Assembly: GCA_021296325.1 (NCBI GenBank) | Contig: JAGWAR010000006.1 | Span: 33,572 to 97,571 of the forward strand | DNA: 64,000 bases | Source of the DNA: Alphaproteobacteria bacterium | Lineage (GTDB): Bacteria; Pseudomonadota; Alphaproteobacteria; GCA-2746255 | Reading direction: 5' to 3' | Shown: positions 1 through 9,805 of the stretch, one piece after another | How the letters are laid out: each line of letters begins with the position of its first letter | Position numbering within the stretch: position 1 is the first letter of the stretch | Translations under genes and position numbers: made by a program | The notes under the pieces: generated by a model | What the model was told of the DNA's origin: nothing | Databases searched by the model: none | Seen by the model: the letters and a program-made list of their open reading frames with translations, nothing else

Positions 1-172
1 TACTGGCATAACGAACCGGCTCGACGACGACGGGTGCCGGCGCGTCCATGCGCGCGCGCGCCGACACGGCTGCGTCACCGCCATCGCCGGAAAAGGCGAT
101 GTAAGCCGCAACAACGGCCACGACGGCAAGCCCCATAGCAGCAAGAATTTTTGTCTGTTTAGACAGTGACAT
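1..172 (-). CDS. N-terminus (partial) of a probable RND efflux periplasmic adaptor (membrane fusion protein)
   Basis: Manual translation from ATG at 172: MSLSKQTKILAAMGLAVVAVVAAYIAFSGDGG...APAPVVVEPVRYAS. Single TM segment followed by a PxPVxV segment typical of adaptor subunits; AAGGGG RBS; runs off the window edge. Confidence 0.5.
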   Translation of the reverse strand, partial: MSLSKQTKILAAMGLAVVAVVAAYIAFSGDGGDAAVSARARMDAPAPVVVEPVRYAS

Positions 173-292
173 AGCCCCTTTCAGGAAAAGGGAAGTCTTT
201 GAAAAAGCTGGCCCTAACACTCATAGGACGCCGCCCGGCTTCCTGCAATATGAATGCAGTCTAATGTGGCAAAACGGTGAAGGCCCCCGATT

Positions 293-985
293 TTAAGCGT
301 GGGAAAGCCCCGCCTTGCACTGCCCAGACCGGATCGACGTCTCCAGCGATTCCAGGTCTTTCATCTCATTGATATTGAAAAACGGGTCCATCCCGTCGTC
401 AGGAAACTCGGCAACGGCTTTCTTGAAATCGTTCTCCAACCGATAGACGGCGCGCAGACCTTCCCCGAACCGGCGGGCCAGCGGCTCGGCCAGTGCAAGC
501 GGCCAAAGCCCGACAACGGGATGCTCCCTGGCCCCGGATCCCGCGATGGCGTAGTCAGCATCCTTGGCAAGCAGGGTTTCGGCGAGACAGGCAACCAGGT
601 TGCGGGGAAGGCATGGCGTGTCACACGGAAAGGTCGCGATATGGGTAAAGTTATCAAGACGAAGGGCATGTTCCAGCCCGGCCAGCAGGCCGGCCATCGG
701 TCCCGCCTTTTCGCCATCGGGTAACAGCGGCAAATCCGGGATCACCGTCAGATTCCATTGCGCGAATTGCGAGGTAGCACCGTTGGCGTTGAGCACCAGG
801 CCGCCAACCTGATCATGCACACGTTCGAGGACATGATCCAGCAGAGGTTTTCCCGCCAGCCTGACAAAACATTTATTCGAAATGGCGGCATTGCCCGCCC
901 GCAGCCGGCGCGCATCCCCGCCGGCGAGAACCACCCCAAGGATGGCGGTACGATTGGGTATTGGCAAAGGCGCCGCCACGGACAT
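293..985 (-). CDS. mobA: Molybdenum cofactor guanylyltransferase
   Basis: GVVLAGG..RR, GPMAGL, PCDTP and FFNIN motifs; divergent from a Mo-bisPGD nitrate reductase cluster. Confidence 0.9.
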   Translation of the reverse strand: MSVAAPLPIPNRTAILGVVLAGGDARRLRAGNAAISNKCFVRLAGKPLLDHVLERVHDQVGGLVLNANGATSQFAQWNLTVIPDLPLLPDGEKAGPMAGLLAGLEHALRLDNFTHIATFPCDTPCLPRNLVACLAETLLAKDADYAIAGSGAREHPVVGLWPLALAEPLARRFGEGLRAVYRLENDFKKAVAEFPDDGMDPFFNINEMKDLESLETSIRSGQCKAGLSHA

Positions 986-1062
986 CGCATCACCATGAAG
1001 GTTTTTCTAACCAGCCGCCACGAAGAAAGCATGGGCGCCAGCGCTTATAATTTCTACGTTGG

Positions 1063-1079
1063 AGCTATGAAATTAGGCA
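1063..1079 (+). promoter_or_regulatory. NtrC-like enhancer site
   Basis: AGCTATGAAATTAGGCA, a 17-bp GC-N11-GC site about 65 bp upstream of a sigma54 promoter. Confidence 0.4.
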
Positions 1080-1142
1080 ATTTGTTTCATCGCCATCGAT
1101 CTTGATCGCGACAAACCGCCCGAAACCCTTTCCAGCCATGTC

Positions 1143-1158
1143 TGGCACGAATGCTGCA
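1143..1158 (+). promoter_or_regulatory. sigma54 (-24/-12) promoter of the porin gene
   Basis: TGGCAC-GAATG-CTGCA with exact GG-N10-GC spacing. Confidence 0.75.
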
Positions 1159-1229
1159 CTGCATAAATCACAACGGTGATGTGAGAATGCCGATTTCACC
1201 GCCGTCGCGGTGATCAAAAGGAGACATGC

Positions 1230-2480
1230 ATGGCAGCAACAAGAAAAAATAGCCGCCGTCTCGGCGGTGCTGGGCTAGCCCTGTTGGCTGGCGTCGCATT
1301 GACGGCCAACGGTGCGGCAGCACAATCGCCGACGGAAGCAACGGTGGCAAAGCCCCCCACTTTCACCCCGATCTTTGATGCGCGCCTGCGCTATGAAAGC
1401 GTCGATCAGGACGGCTTCGCGAAGGACGCGAACGCGGTGACCATGCGGCTCCGTTTCGGCCTTAAGAGCATGCAATACCATGGTTTTTCTTTCCTGGTGG
1501 AGGGTGAAACCGTCGAAGGGTTTAACGACAATTACAATTCCACCACGAATGGCCGCACAGCACTGCCGGTGGTGGCGGATCCCGACAGCGTGGAACTGAA
1601 TCAGGCGTATCTCGCTTATGCGGATACCGACATGGAAGCCGTAATCGGCCGCCAACGCATTATTTTCGACAACGCCCGCTTCGTGGGCAATGTGGGATGG
1701 CGCCAGAACGAACAAACCTTCGACGCGGCGCTTGGCGCGCTAAAAGCCGTGCCGGACCTCAAGTTGACCTACGTTTATATCGGCGCCGTCCAGCGCATCT
1801 TCAGCAACAGCAATCCGGCTGGAAAGTTCGACAGCGACAGCCACCTGGTCAATCTTCGTTATACCGGACTTCCAGACACCGTCCTTACGGGTTACGGCTA
1901 TTTGCTGGACCTGCAAGAGGCGCCGGCCGCCTCCACCGCAACCTATGGTCTGCGGGCAATAACCTCTATCCCCTTGAACGCCGATATTGCATTGGCACTG
2001 ACCGGCGAATACGCCTTCCAGACGGACTATGGCGACAATGCAGGCAACGTAGATTTACAATATTTCCTCGCCGCCATTGGCACAAAATACGCCGGCTTTG
2101 ACGTCTCGGCGACTTATGAAATCCTCGAAGGCGATGGCACCGTGGGCTTCGCCACCCCGCTTGCCACCCTGCATGCCTTTCAGGGCTGGGCCGACGTTTT
2201 CCTGACAACCCCCGTTTCCGGAATCGAAGACCGCTATACCCGTCTCGGATACACGTTTAACGGATTCGGGCCCTTCACCAAAATCGTAACGGCCGCGATC
2301 TATCACGCTTACGAGGCGGAACGCGGCAATGCCTCGCTTGGCGATGAAGTAAACCTGCTCGCCAAGGGCATTCTCGACTCGAACGTCTCCGTGACGCTGA
2401 AATACGCCACCTATGACGGCCCCTCCGGAGGACCAGCCAGCCGTGACAAGCTGTGGCTGCAAATTGATTACAAATTGTAG
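1230..2480 (+). CDS. Alginate-export-family outer membrane porin (nitrate-cluster associated)
   Basis: Signal peptide; RLRYESVDQ, GRQRI, RFVGNVGWRQNEQTFDA and FATPLATLHAFQGWADVF motifs; beta-barrel C-terminus YKL. Confidence 0.8.
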   Translation: MAATRKNSRRLGGAGLALLAGVALTANGAAAQSPTEATVAKPPTFTPIFDARLRYESVDQDGFAKDANAVTMRLRFGLKSMQYHGFSFLVEGETVEGFNDNYNSTTNGRTALPVVADPDSVELNQAYLAYADTDMEAVIGRQRIIFDNARFVGNVGWRQNEQTFDAALGALKAVPDLKLTYVYIGAVQRIFSNSNPAGKFDSDSHLVNLRYTGLPDTVLTGYGYLLDLQEAPAASTATYGLRAITSIPLNADIALALTGEYAFQTDYGDNAGNVDLQYFLAAIGTKYAGFDVSATYEILEGDGTVGFATPLATLHAFQGWADVFLTTPVSGIEDRYTRLGYTFNGFGPFTKIVTAAIYHAYEAERGNASLGDEVNLLAKGILDSNVSVTLKYATYDGPSGGPASRDKLWLQIDYKL

Positions 2481-2485
2481 GCCGC

Positions 2486-2552
2486 CGCCCATTAATCATG
2501 CGCCGCACAATTCTTAGGCAATGGCCCGGGCTACCCGCCAAAAATAGCAGCA
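2486..2552 (+). promoter_or_regulatory. Cluster of NtrC-like sites upstream of nrtA
   Basis: Three 17-bp GC-N11-GC sites: 2486-2502, 2504-2520 (CGCACAATTCTTAGGCA) and 2536-2552. Confidence 0.5.
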
Positions 2553-2602
2553 ATTCGGCCCTTTTTAGCGGAAAAGTTCCCAAGAATCCGCGGCGTTTGC
2601 CC

Positions 2603-2618
2603 TGGCACAATATGTGCA
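2603..2618 (+). promoter_or_regulatory. sigma54 promoter of the nrtA operon
   Basis: TGGCAC-AATAT-GTGCA with GG-N10-GC spacing. Confidence 0.75.
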
Positions 2619-2734
2619 CCGCAAAATGTAGGCGTACGGGCTTTTCCCGCACCGATTCCACGGGACACCCGGGGATCACCCACCGGGCCGTCCGCCTGAC
2701 GGGCGGCGTTGATGACAAGGAACGAGTTTGCTGA

Positions 2735-4177
2735 ATGATACCGAACGTTTTATTCCAGGTTACCCATGCCATTCAGCGCGCGCTTTGCGCGGCTTTTATC
2801 CTGGCCGTTGCCATCGGCACCTTCACGCCCCACAGCGTCCTTGCGGAAGACCGGTTCCCCGAAAAAGACGAGCTGAAGTTCGGGTTCATCAAACTGACCG
2901 ACATGGCACCTCTCGCCATTGCCTACGAAAAAGGATTTTTCGAAGACGAAGGACTTTACGTAACGCTCGAACCGCAAGCCAACTGGAAGGTGCTGCTCGA
3001 CCGTGTCATCACGGGTGAGCTGGATGGCGCCCACATGCTGGCGGGTCAACCGCTGGCAGCCACCATCGGCTACGGAACAAAGGCGCATATCATTACGCCC
3101 TTTTCCATGGACCTGAACGGGAACGGAATCACCGTCTCGAACGCGGTGTGGGAGATGATGAAGCCCAATCTCCCCAAAATGCCGGACGGCCGTCCCGCAC
3201 ACCCGATCAAGGCCGATTACCTGAAGCCGGTCATCGAAAAATTCAAGACCGAGGGACGCACCTTCAACATGGGCATGGTGTTCCCGGTCTCGACCCACAA
3301 CTACGAGCTGCGCTATTGGCTCGCGGCGGGCGGGATTCATCCCGGCTTCTATTCCCCAACAGACATTTCCGGACAGATTCAGGCGGAAGCCTTGCTTTCC
3401 GTGACGCCGCCGCCACAGATGCCGGCGACGCTCGAAGCGGGCACGATCTTCGGCTATTGCGTCGGCGAGCCCTGGAATCAGCAGGCCGTTTTCAAGGGCA
3501 TCGGCGTTCCGGTCATCACCGACTATGAAATTTGGAAAGACAATCCCGAAAAGGTTTTCGGCATCACGGCTGAGTTCGCGGAAAAATACCCCAATACCAC
3601 CCATGCGATTACCAAAGCCCTGATCCGAGCGGCCCAATGGCTTGACGAGAACAACAACGCAAACCGCATGGAAGCCGTCAAGATTTTGTCGCGCCCAGAA
3701 TACGTCGGCGCGGACGCCAAGGGTATTGCGAATTCGATGACCGGCACCTTCGAATACGAAAAAGGGGACAAGCGCGACGTTCCTGACTTCAACGTCTTCT
3801 TCCGCTACCACGCGACCTATCCCTACTACTCGGACGCCGTCTGGTATCTGACACAGATGCGCCGTTGGGGACAGATTGCCGACAGCAAGCCTGACTCCTG
3901 GTATGCAGAAATCGCCAAGAAAGTATACCGGCCGGATATTTACATCGAAGCGGCCAAGCGGCTCGTAGCAGAGGGGCACGTCAAGCAAGCGGACTTTCCG
4001 TGGGAAACGGATGGCTATCGCAAGCCGACCTCCGACTTTATCGATGGCATTGAATACAACGGCCGCAAACCGATCGCCTTTCTCTCGCACTTCCCGATCG
4101 GACTGAAGGATGGCCAAAGCGTTAGCAATAACGGCGTGAGCGGAGCCGCTCCCGCATCCGCGGAACCAGCTACATGA
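2735..4177 (+). CDS. nrtA: CmpA/NrtA-family nitrate ABC substrate-binding protein
   Basis: [23 protein letters not shown] and [10 protein letters not shown] motifs. Confidence 0.9.
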   Translation: MIPNVLFQVTHAIQRALCAAFILAVAIGTFTPHSVLAEDRFPEKDELKFGFIKLTDMAPLAIAYEKGFFEDEGLYVTLEPQANWKVLLDRVITGELDGAHMLAGQPLAATIGYGTKAHIITPFSMDLNGNGITVSNAVWEMMKPNLPKMPDGRPAHPIKADYLKPVIEKFKTEGRTFNMGMVFPVSTHNYELRYWLAAGGIHPGFYSPTDISGQIQAEALLSVTPPPQMPATLEAGTIFGYCVGEPWNQQAVFKGIGVPVITDYEIWKDNPEKVFGITAEFAEKYPNTTHAITKALIRAAQWLDENNNANRMEAVKILSRPEYVGADAKGIANSMTGTFEYEKGDKRDVPDFNVFFRYHATYPYYSDAVWYLTQMRRWGQIADSKPDSWYAEIAKKVYRPDIYIEAAKRLVAEGHVKQADFPWETDGYRKPTSDFIDGIEYNGRKPIAFLSHFPIGLKDGQSVSNNGVSGAAPASAEPAT

Positions 4178-5250
4178 CAACGACCAGCACCCTGTCCCGC
4201 CCTTCAAGGGCCGAGCGCAATTCCCAGTGGCTGCTGCGGATAAACCGGATCAGCACCTATCTCAACATGCTCGGGCTCTCGTTTGTGGTCTCCATCCTTC
4301 GCGTCATAGCAGGCGAGGATCCCCGGCAGCAGTTTCTGGAGTTCTGGCGCGTGTTCGTGGTGCCACTGACGGGCATTCTCGCCTTTCTGTTTCTCTGGTC
4401 AGCGCTTGCACCGAAGGTCAACACCTCCCTTGGCGCAATTCCCGGCCCCGCCATGGTCTGGGAACAAACTGTCAATCTATGGAATGACCATGTGTCCGAG
4501 CGCCAAAAAGAAGTCGCGTTTTTGGAACGCCAGGAGGAACGCAACGCACAACTGGCGGAACAGGGCCACGAAGACCGCGTGAAACAGCGCGAATACACCG
4601 GCAAGCCCACCTACATCGATCAGATCTTCACCAGCCTGAAAACGGTGGCCCTAGGCTTTTTTGTGGCAACCCTCATCGCCGTTCCCCTGGGCATTATGTG
4701 CGGGCTTTCGCCGTTAATAAACGGCGCCCTGAATCCATTGATACAGATCTTCAAGCCCGTATCACCCCTGGCCTGGCTACCGATTGTGACCATGGTCGTT
4801 TCGGCGCTCTACATGAACGTAAGCGACAGCTTTCCGAAATCCTTGGTTATCTCGGCGCTGACCGTCACGCTTTGCTCGCTTTGGCCGACGCTCATCAACA
4901 CAACGCTTGGCGTGGCTTCCATTGATCGCGACCTGGTGAACGTGGGCCGCGTGCTTCAGCTTTCACAAATCACGACAATCCGCAAAGTGGTGCTGCCCTC
5001 GGCGTTGCCACTGATTTTTACGGGATTGAGACTGTCCCTCGGGGTCGGCTGGATGGTGCTGATCGCGGCCGAGATGCTGGCGCAAAACCCCGGTCTTGGA
5101 AAATTCGTCTGGGACGAATTCCAGAATGGTTCGTCCTCTTCACTTGCACGCATCATCGTTGCCGTGCTGACGATCGGCCTGATTGGCTTTTTGCTGGATC
5201 GGGTCATGTTCATGCTGCAAACGCTCTTTACCTACTCGACGCAACGTTAG
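4174..5250 (+). CDS. nrtB: Nitrate ABC transporter permease
   Basis: PVSPLAWLP and [13 protein letters not shown] motifs; multiple TM helices; ATGA overlap with nrtA. Confidence 0.9.
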   Translation: MTTTSTLSRPSRAERNSQWLLRINRISTYLNMLGLSFVVSILRVIAGEDPRQQFLEFWRVFVVPLTGILAFLFLWSALAPKVNTSLGAIPGPAMVWEQTVNLWNDHVSERQKEVAFLERQEERNAQLAEQGHEDRVKQREYTGKPTYIDQIFTSLKTVALGFFVATLIAVPLGIMCGLSPLINGALNPLIQIFKPVSPLAWLPIVTMVVSALYMNVSDSFPKSLVISALTVTLCSLWPTLINTTLGVASIDRDLVNVGRVLQLSQITTIRKVVLPSALPLIFTGLRLSLGVGWMVLIAAEMLAQNPGLGKFVWDEFQNGSSSSLARIIVAVLTIGLIGFLLDRVMFMLQTLFTYSTQR

Positions 5251-5260
5251 GAAGGTCGAC

Positions 5261-6973
5261 ATGGCGTTTCTGGAACTCAAGGATGTGACAAAGGGTTACG
5301 GCGAACACGACGCCCGGTCAGAAGTCCTTGCCGACATCAATCTGGAGGTCGAGGAAGGCGAGTTCATCGCCATCGTCGGCTTTTCCGGCAGCGGCAAAAC
5401 AACGCTCATCTCTTCCATCGCAGGGCTTATCAAACCGGATAAAGGCACGGTCCGGGTCAAGGGCAGGTCCGTGACCGGGCCAGGACCGGATCGCGGGGTC
5501 GTTTTTCAGTCCTACTCGCTGATGCCGTGGCTCACCGTCTATGAAAACGTGCGCCTGGCCGTTGATGCGGTTTTTAAAAACCAGCCGCGCCAGGCGCGCG
5601 ATGCGCAATCCAGAAAATATATTGAGATGGTCGGCCTCAGCCACGCCGCGGACCGCCGGCCCGCCGAGCTTTCCGGAGGCATGCGCCAGCGTGTCGCGGT
5701 GGCGCGGGCCCTGGCAATGGACCCTGACGTGCTGCTGTTGGACGAGCCCCTTTCCGCCCTGGACGCGTTGACGCGCGCCAAGCTACAGGATGAAATCGAG
5801 GCGATCTGGGAGGGCAATAAAAAGACGGTCATCCTGATCACGAACGACGTGGACGAAGCCATTCTGCTGGCCGACCGGATCATCCCCCTCAATCCGGGGC
5901 CGCGGGCAACGCTGGGTCCAGCTTTCGAGGTGACGCTTCCCCGGCCCAGGGAGCGCGCAAGCATCAATCACAACCCGACCTTCAAGGCGTTACGCGCCCG
6001 CGTCACGAATTATCTGATGCAAATCGGCATGGATGCGAAGTCCAAGAACGAGGATAGCCTCCGCACCGCACCCAATGTCACGCCGATCAATCGGGACGAC
6101 CCGCCCCGAACCTATCGGCAGGCCGCCTCCTCACCCATCGAAAACAAATACGTCGAACTGTTCGAACTGAAGAAGATCTACCCAACGCCGAGAGGCCCGC
6201 TGACGGTGCTCGAAAATTTCTCCCTAACCATGGACAAGGGTGAATTTATTTCCCTGATCGGGCATTCCGGCTGCGGAAAATCGACCGTGCTTTCCATGGT
6301 TGCCGGACTGAACGAGATTTCTGGTGGCGGCGTCGTTCTCGACGGCCGTGAAATCTCCGGCGCCGGGCCGGACCGTGCCGTTGTCTTCCAGTCCCCGTCG
6401 CTGATGCCGTGGCTGACGGCTCGCGAAAATGTCGCCCTTGGCGTGGACAAGGTTTATCCAAAAGCGACGCCCGCCGAACGTCGGGAAGTCGTTGAATATT
6501 ACCTTGAACGCGTCGGGCTTTCCGACGCGATGCACAAACAGGCCGTCGAACTTTCAAACGGCATGAAGCAACGCGTCGGCATTGCGCGCGCCTTCGCCCT
6601 TTCGCCAAAGTTACTGCTGCTGGATGAGCCGTTCGGCATGCTCGACAGCCTGACCCGCTGGGAACTGCAGGAAGTCCTGATGGAGGTCTGGAAACGCACC
6701 CAGGTCACGGCCATTTGCGTAACCCACGACGTTGATGAGGCAATCCTGCTGGCCGACCGCATCGTGATGATGACGAATGGCCCGCGCGCCACCATCGGTG
6801 AAATTCTCGATGTCAATCTTCCCCGGCCACGCACCCGCGCCGCCCTATTGCAGCATCCGGATTATTACCAATACCGAGAAAAGGTCCTGACTTTCCTCGA
6901 GAAATACGAGCACGGGGCCGACCCCAAGCAAAAGCCCGCGGCTGAAAAGACCGCTCGGGCAGCCACAGCATGA
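5261..6973 (+). CDS. nrtC: Nitrate ABC ATP-binding protein with two fused ATPase domains
   Basis: Two Walker A motifs ([16 protein letters not shown]) and two signature/Walker B sets; ATG at 5261 after AGGAAGG. Confidence 0.85.
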   Translation: MAFLELKDVTKGYGEHDARSEVLADINLEVEEGEFIAIVGFSGSGKTTLISSIAGLIKPDKGTVRVKGRSVTGPGPDRGVVFQSYSLMPWLTVYENVRLAVDAVFKNQPRQARDAQSRKYIEMVGLSHAADRRPAELSGGMRQRVAVARALAMDPDVLLLDEPLSALDALTRAKLQDEIEAIWEGNKKTVILITNDVDEAILLADRIIPLNPGPRATLGPAFEVTLPRPRERASINHNPTFKALRARVTNYLMQIGMDAKSKNEDSLRTAPNVTPINRDDPPRTYRQAASSPIENKYVELFELKKIYPTPRGPLTVLENFSLTMDKGEFISLIGHSGCGKSTVLSMVAGLNEISGGGVVLDGREISGAGPDRAVVFQSPSLMPWLTARENVALGVDKVYPKATPAERREVVEYYLERVGLSDAMHKQAVELSNGMKQRVGIARAFALSPKLLLLDEPFGMLDSLTRWELQEVLMEVWKRTQVTAICVTHDVDEAILLADRIVMMTNGPRATIGEILDVNLPRPRTRAALLQHPDYYQYREKVLTFLEKYEHGADPKQKPAAEKTARAATA

Positions 6974-6983
6974 GGGCAAGGCG

Positions 6984-9461
6984 ATGGCGGATGACATAAT
7001 CAACCTACCCAAACGAAAAAAACTGGTCGTGATCGGAAACGGCATGGCGCCCGGGCGCATGCTGGAGGCGCTGTTTAAACAAACGCCCTCCATCTACGAC
7101 GTCACCATTTTCAACGCCGAACCGCGGGTTAATTACGATCGTATCCTGTTGTCACTGGTTCTTTCCGGCGAAAAGTCCTACGCAGATATCGTCATCCACG
7201 ACGACGCCTGGTACGCCGAACACGACATCACGCTTTACAAAGGCAGAAAAGTCACAGCCATCGATCGCAACGCCAAACGGGTTATGGCGGAAGGCGGCAT
7301 TTCGGCTGCATATGACACCCTTGTCATCGCCATGGGTTCGTCTCCGGTCACCCTTCCGGTGCCGGGGGCGAACCTAGGGGGCGTTCTTGCCTATCGCGAC
7401 CTGGACGACGTCAACAACATGCTGGCTGCCGCCGAAAAAGGCGGGCGCGCTGTTGTCATCGGCGGCGGCCTGCTTGGGCTGGAAGCGGCCGCAGGGCTGC
7501 AGTCGCGAGGCATGCAGGTAACCATCGTACATCTCGGACCGACGTTGATGGAGCGTCAGCTCGACATGGCGGCGGGACACCTTCTTCGCAAATCGATCGA
7601 AGCGCGCGGTATTGCCGTCCGCACCGAGGCTCAGACCCAGGCCTTGCTGGAATCAAACGGCCACGTGCGCGCCGTGCAATTGGCCGACGGCACGGAACTG
7701 CCCGCCGACCTTGTCGTCATGGCCGTGGGCATCCGGCCAAACGCAAAGCTGGCTGAAGCTGCCGGTCTCGAAGTCAATCGCGGCATCGTCGTCAACGACC
7801 GGCTCTCCACCACCGATCCGAATATTTTTGCACTTGGCGAATGCGCCGAACATCGCAAAACCTGTTATGGCCTGGTCGCACCGCTTTACGAGATGGCCAA
7901 GGTTTTGGCGGGGAATCTCACCGGCAAAGAGGATACCTATCAAGGCTCGGTCACCGCGACGAAGCTAAAGGTAACCGGCATCGACCTGTTTTCCGCCGGG
8001 GATTTCACGGACAGCGAAGAACGCGAAGAGATCGTTCTGCGGGACGGGGCGCGTAGCCTATACCGCCGGCTGGTGCTGGAAGACGGCCGGGTCGTCGGGG
8101 CGGTCATGTATGGCGACACCTCCGACAGCGCCTGGTTCTTCGAGCTGATCAAGAACGGCACCGACATTGATGACATCCGTGAAACGCTGATTTTCGGCCC
8201 GAATTACGCGCGAGGTGCCCCTCAGGACCCTACGGCAGCCGTTGCAGCCTTGCCGGATGAGGCAGAAATCTGTGGCTGCAACGGCGTATGCAAACGCTCA
8301 ATCCTCGAATCGATCGCCGCGCATGGGATCGCGGATGTCGATGGCGTGCGCAAACACACAAAGGCCTCGGCATCCTGCGGTTCCTGCACCGGACTGGTCG
8401 AACAGCTTCTGAAACTGGAACTTGGCGAGACGTTCAATCCCGCGGCCGTCGCGCCCATGTGCGGATGCACGGCGCTCGGTCATGATGATGTCCGCCGCCT
8501 GATCCTGGCCAGGGAACTCAAGACCATTCCGGACGTCATGCAGGCCCTTGAATGGACCACCTCCTGCGGCTGCGCCAAATGCCGTCCGGCGCTTAACTAC
8601 TACCTGCTCGCCGCCTGGCCCGGCGAATACACGGACGACCCGCAGTCGCGCTTTATCAACGAGCGCGCGCACGCAAATATTCAGAAGAACGGCACCTACT
8701 CCGTCGTGCCGCGCATGTGGGGCGGCATCACGAACGCCAAGGAACTGCATGCCATTGCCGACGTGGTGGAGAAGTTCAATATCCCGACGGTCAAGGTTAC
8801 CGGCGGTCAGCGCATCGACCTGCTCGGCGTGAAAAAAGAAGACCTGCCGGCCGTGTGGGCGGATTTAAGCGCGGTTGGCCTCGTCTCCGGCCATGCCTAT
8901 GGCAAGGCGCTGCGCACGGTGAAGACCTGCGTGGGCACCGACTGGTGCCGATTCGGCACCCAGGATTCGACGGGACTCGGCATACGAATCGAACGCTTCA
9001 TGTGGGGCTCATGGACGCCCGCCAAGGTCAAAATGGCGGTATCCGGCTGTCCGCGCAATTGCGCCGAGGCAACCTGCAAGGACGTCGGCATCGTTTGCAT
9101 CGACTCTGGCTACGAAATTCATTTCGCTGGCGCCGCCGGGATGGACATCAAGGGCACGGAAGTGTTGGGGCACGCAAAAAGCGAGCAGGAAACCCTGGAA
9201 ATCGTCGTTGCGCTTGTCCAGCTCTACCGTGAACAGGGGCATTACCTCGAACGCATGTACAAATGGGCAAGACGGGTGGGCGTTGACACCATCCGCAACC
9301 TAGTCCTCGAGGACGAGAACCGCCGGGCTGATCTGTTTGAGCGTTTCGTCTACTCGCAAAAATTCTCGCAACACGATCCCTGGAGCGAACGGGCAAAGGG
9401 TGCCGAGGCGCACGAATTTCGCCCGATTGCCGACGTGTCCAACTTGCAGGCGGCGGAATGA
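6984..9461 (+). CDS. nirB: NAD(P)H assimilatory nitrite reductase large subunit
   Basis: GNGMA FAD motif, GGGLLGLEAA, two BFD-like Cys clusters, and siroheme/4Fe-4S ligands VKTCVGTDWC and SGCPRNC. Confidence 0.95.
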   Translation: MADDIINLPKRKKLVVIGNGMAPGRMLEALFKQTPSIYDVTIFNAEPRVNYDRILLSLVLSGEKSYADIVIHDDAWYAEHDITLYKGRKVTAIDRNAKRVMAEGGISAAYDTLVIAMGSSPVTLPVPGANLGGVLAYRDLDDVNNMLAAAEKGGRAVVIGGGLLGLEAAAGLQSRGMQVTIVHLGPTLMERQLDMAAGHLLRKSIEARGIAVRTEAQTQALLESNGHVRAVQLADGTELPADLVVMAVGIRPNAKLAEAAGLEVNRGIVVNDRLSTTDPNIFALGECAEHRKTCYGLVAPLYEMAKVLAGNLTGKEDTYQGSVTATKLKVTGIDLFSAGDFTDSEEREEIVLRDGARSLYRRLVLEDGRVVGAVMYGDTSDSAWFFELIKNGTDIDDIRETLIFGPNYARGAPQDPTAAVAALPDEAEICGCNGVCKRSILESIAAHGIADVDGVRKHTKASASCGSCTGLVEQLLKLELGETFNPAAVAPMCGCTALGHDDVRRLILARELKTIPDVMQALEWTTSCGCAKCRPALNYYLLAAWPGEYTDDPQSRFINERAHANIQKNGTYSVVPRMWGGITNAKELHAIADVVEKFNIPTVKVTGGQRIDLLGVKKEDLPAVWADLSAVGLVSGHAYGKALRTVKTCVGTDWCRFGTQDSTGLGIRIERFMWGSWTPAKVKMAVSGCPRNCAEATCKDVGIVCIDSGYEIHFAGAAGMDIKGTEVLGHAKSEQETLEIVVALVQLYREQGHYLERMYKWARRVGVDTIRNLVLEDENRRADLFERFVYSQKFSQHDPWSERAKGAEAHEFRPIADVSNLQAAE

Positions 9462-9802
9462 AGGAAGATCAGGACTGGGTGGATGTTGGCACGATCGAGG
9501 ACGTCCCGCCGCGAGGCGCCCGTCTCATCAAGGCTCCACAAGGGCCCGTTGCCCTGTTTCGTACCGCGGACGATGTGCTGTTCGCGCTCGACGACCGATG
9601 CCCCCATCGCGGCGGCCCGCTTTCCCAGGGCATCGTGCACGGCCATTGCGTCACCTGCCCACTTCATAACCTGGTGATCAACCTGGAAACCGGCAACACC
9701 CAGCAGCCCGAGGACGGCCGCGTTTCAAGCTATAAGGTTGAACAGCGAGACGGCCGCATACTTCTCAATCTGCGTGCGCTCCCCCATGAAGACATCGCCT
9801 GA
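9458..9802 (+). CDS. nirD: Nitrite reductase small (Rieske-type) subunit
   Basis: CPHRGGPL...CPLH Rieske motif; coupled to nirB. Confidence 0.92.
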   Translation: MKEDQDWVDVGTIEDVPPRGARLIKAPQGPVALFRTADDVLFALDDRCPHRGGPLSQGIVHGHCVTCPLHNLVINLETGNTQQPEDGRVSSYKVEQRDGRILLNLRALPHEDIA

Positions 9803-9805
9803 CCA

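Noticed and set aside
2750-4207. 485-aa antisense ORF
   Set aside because: Shadow of nrtA.
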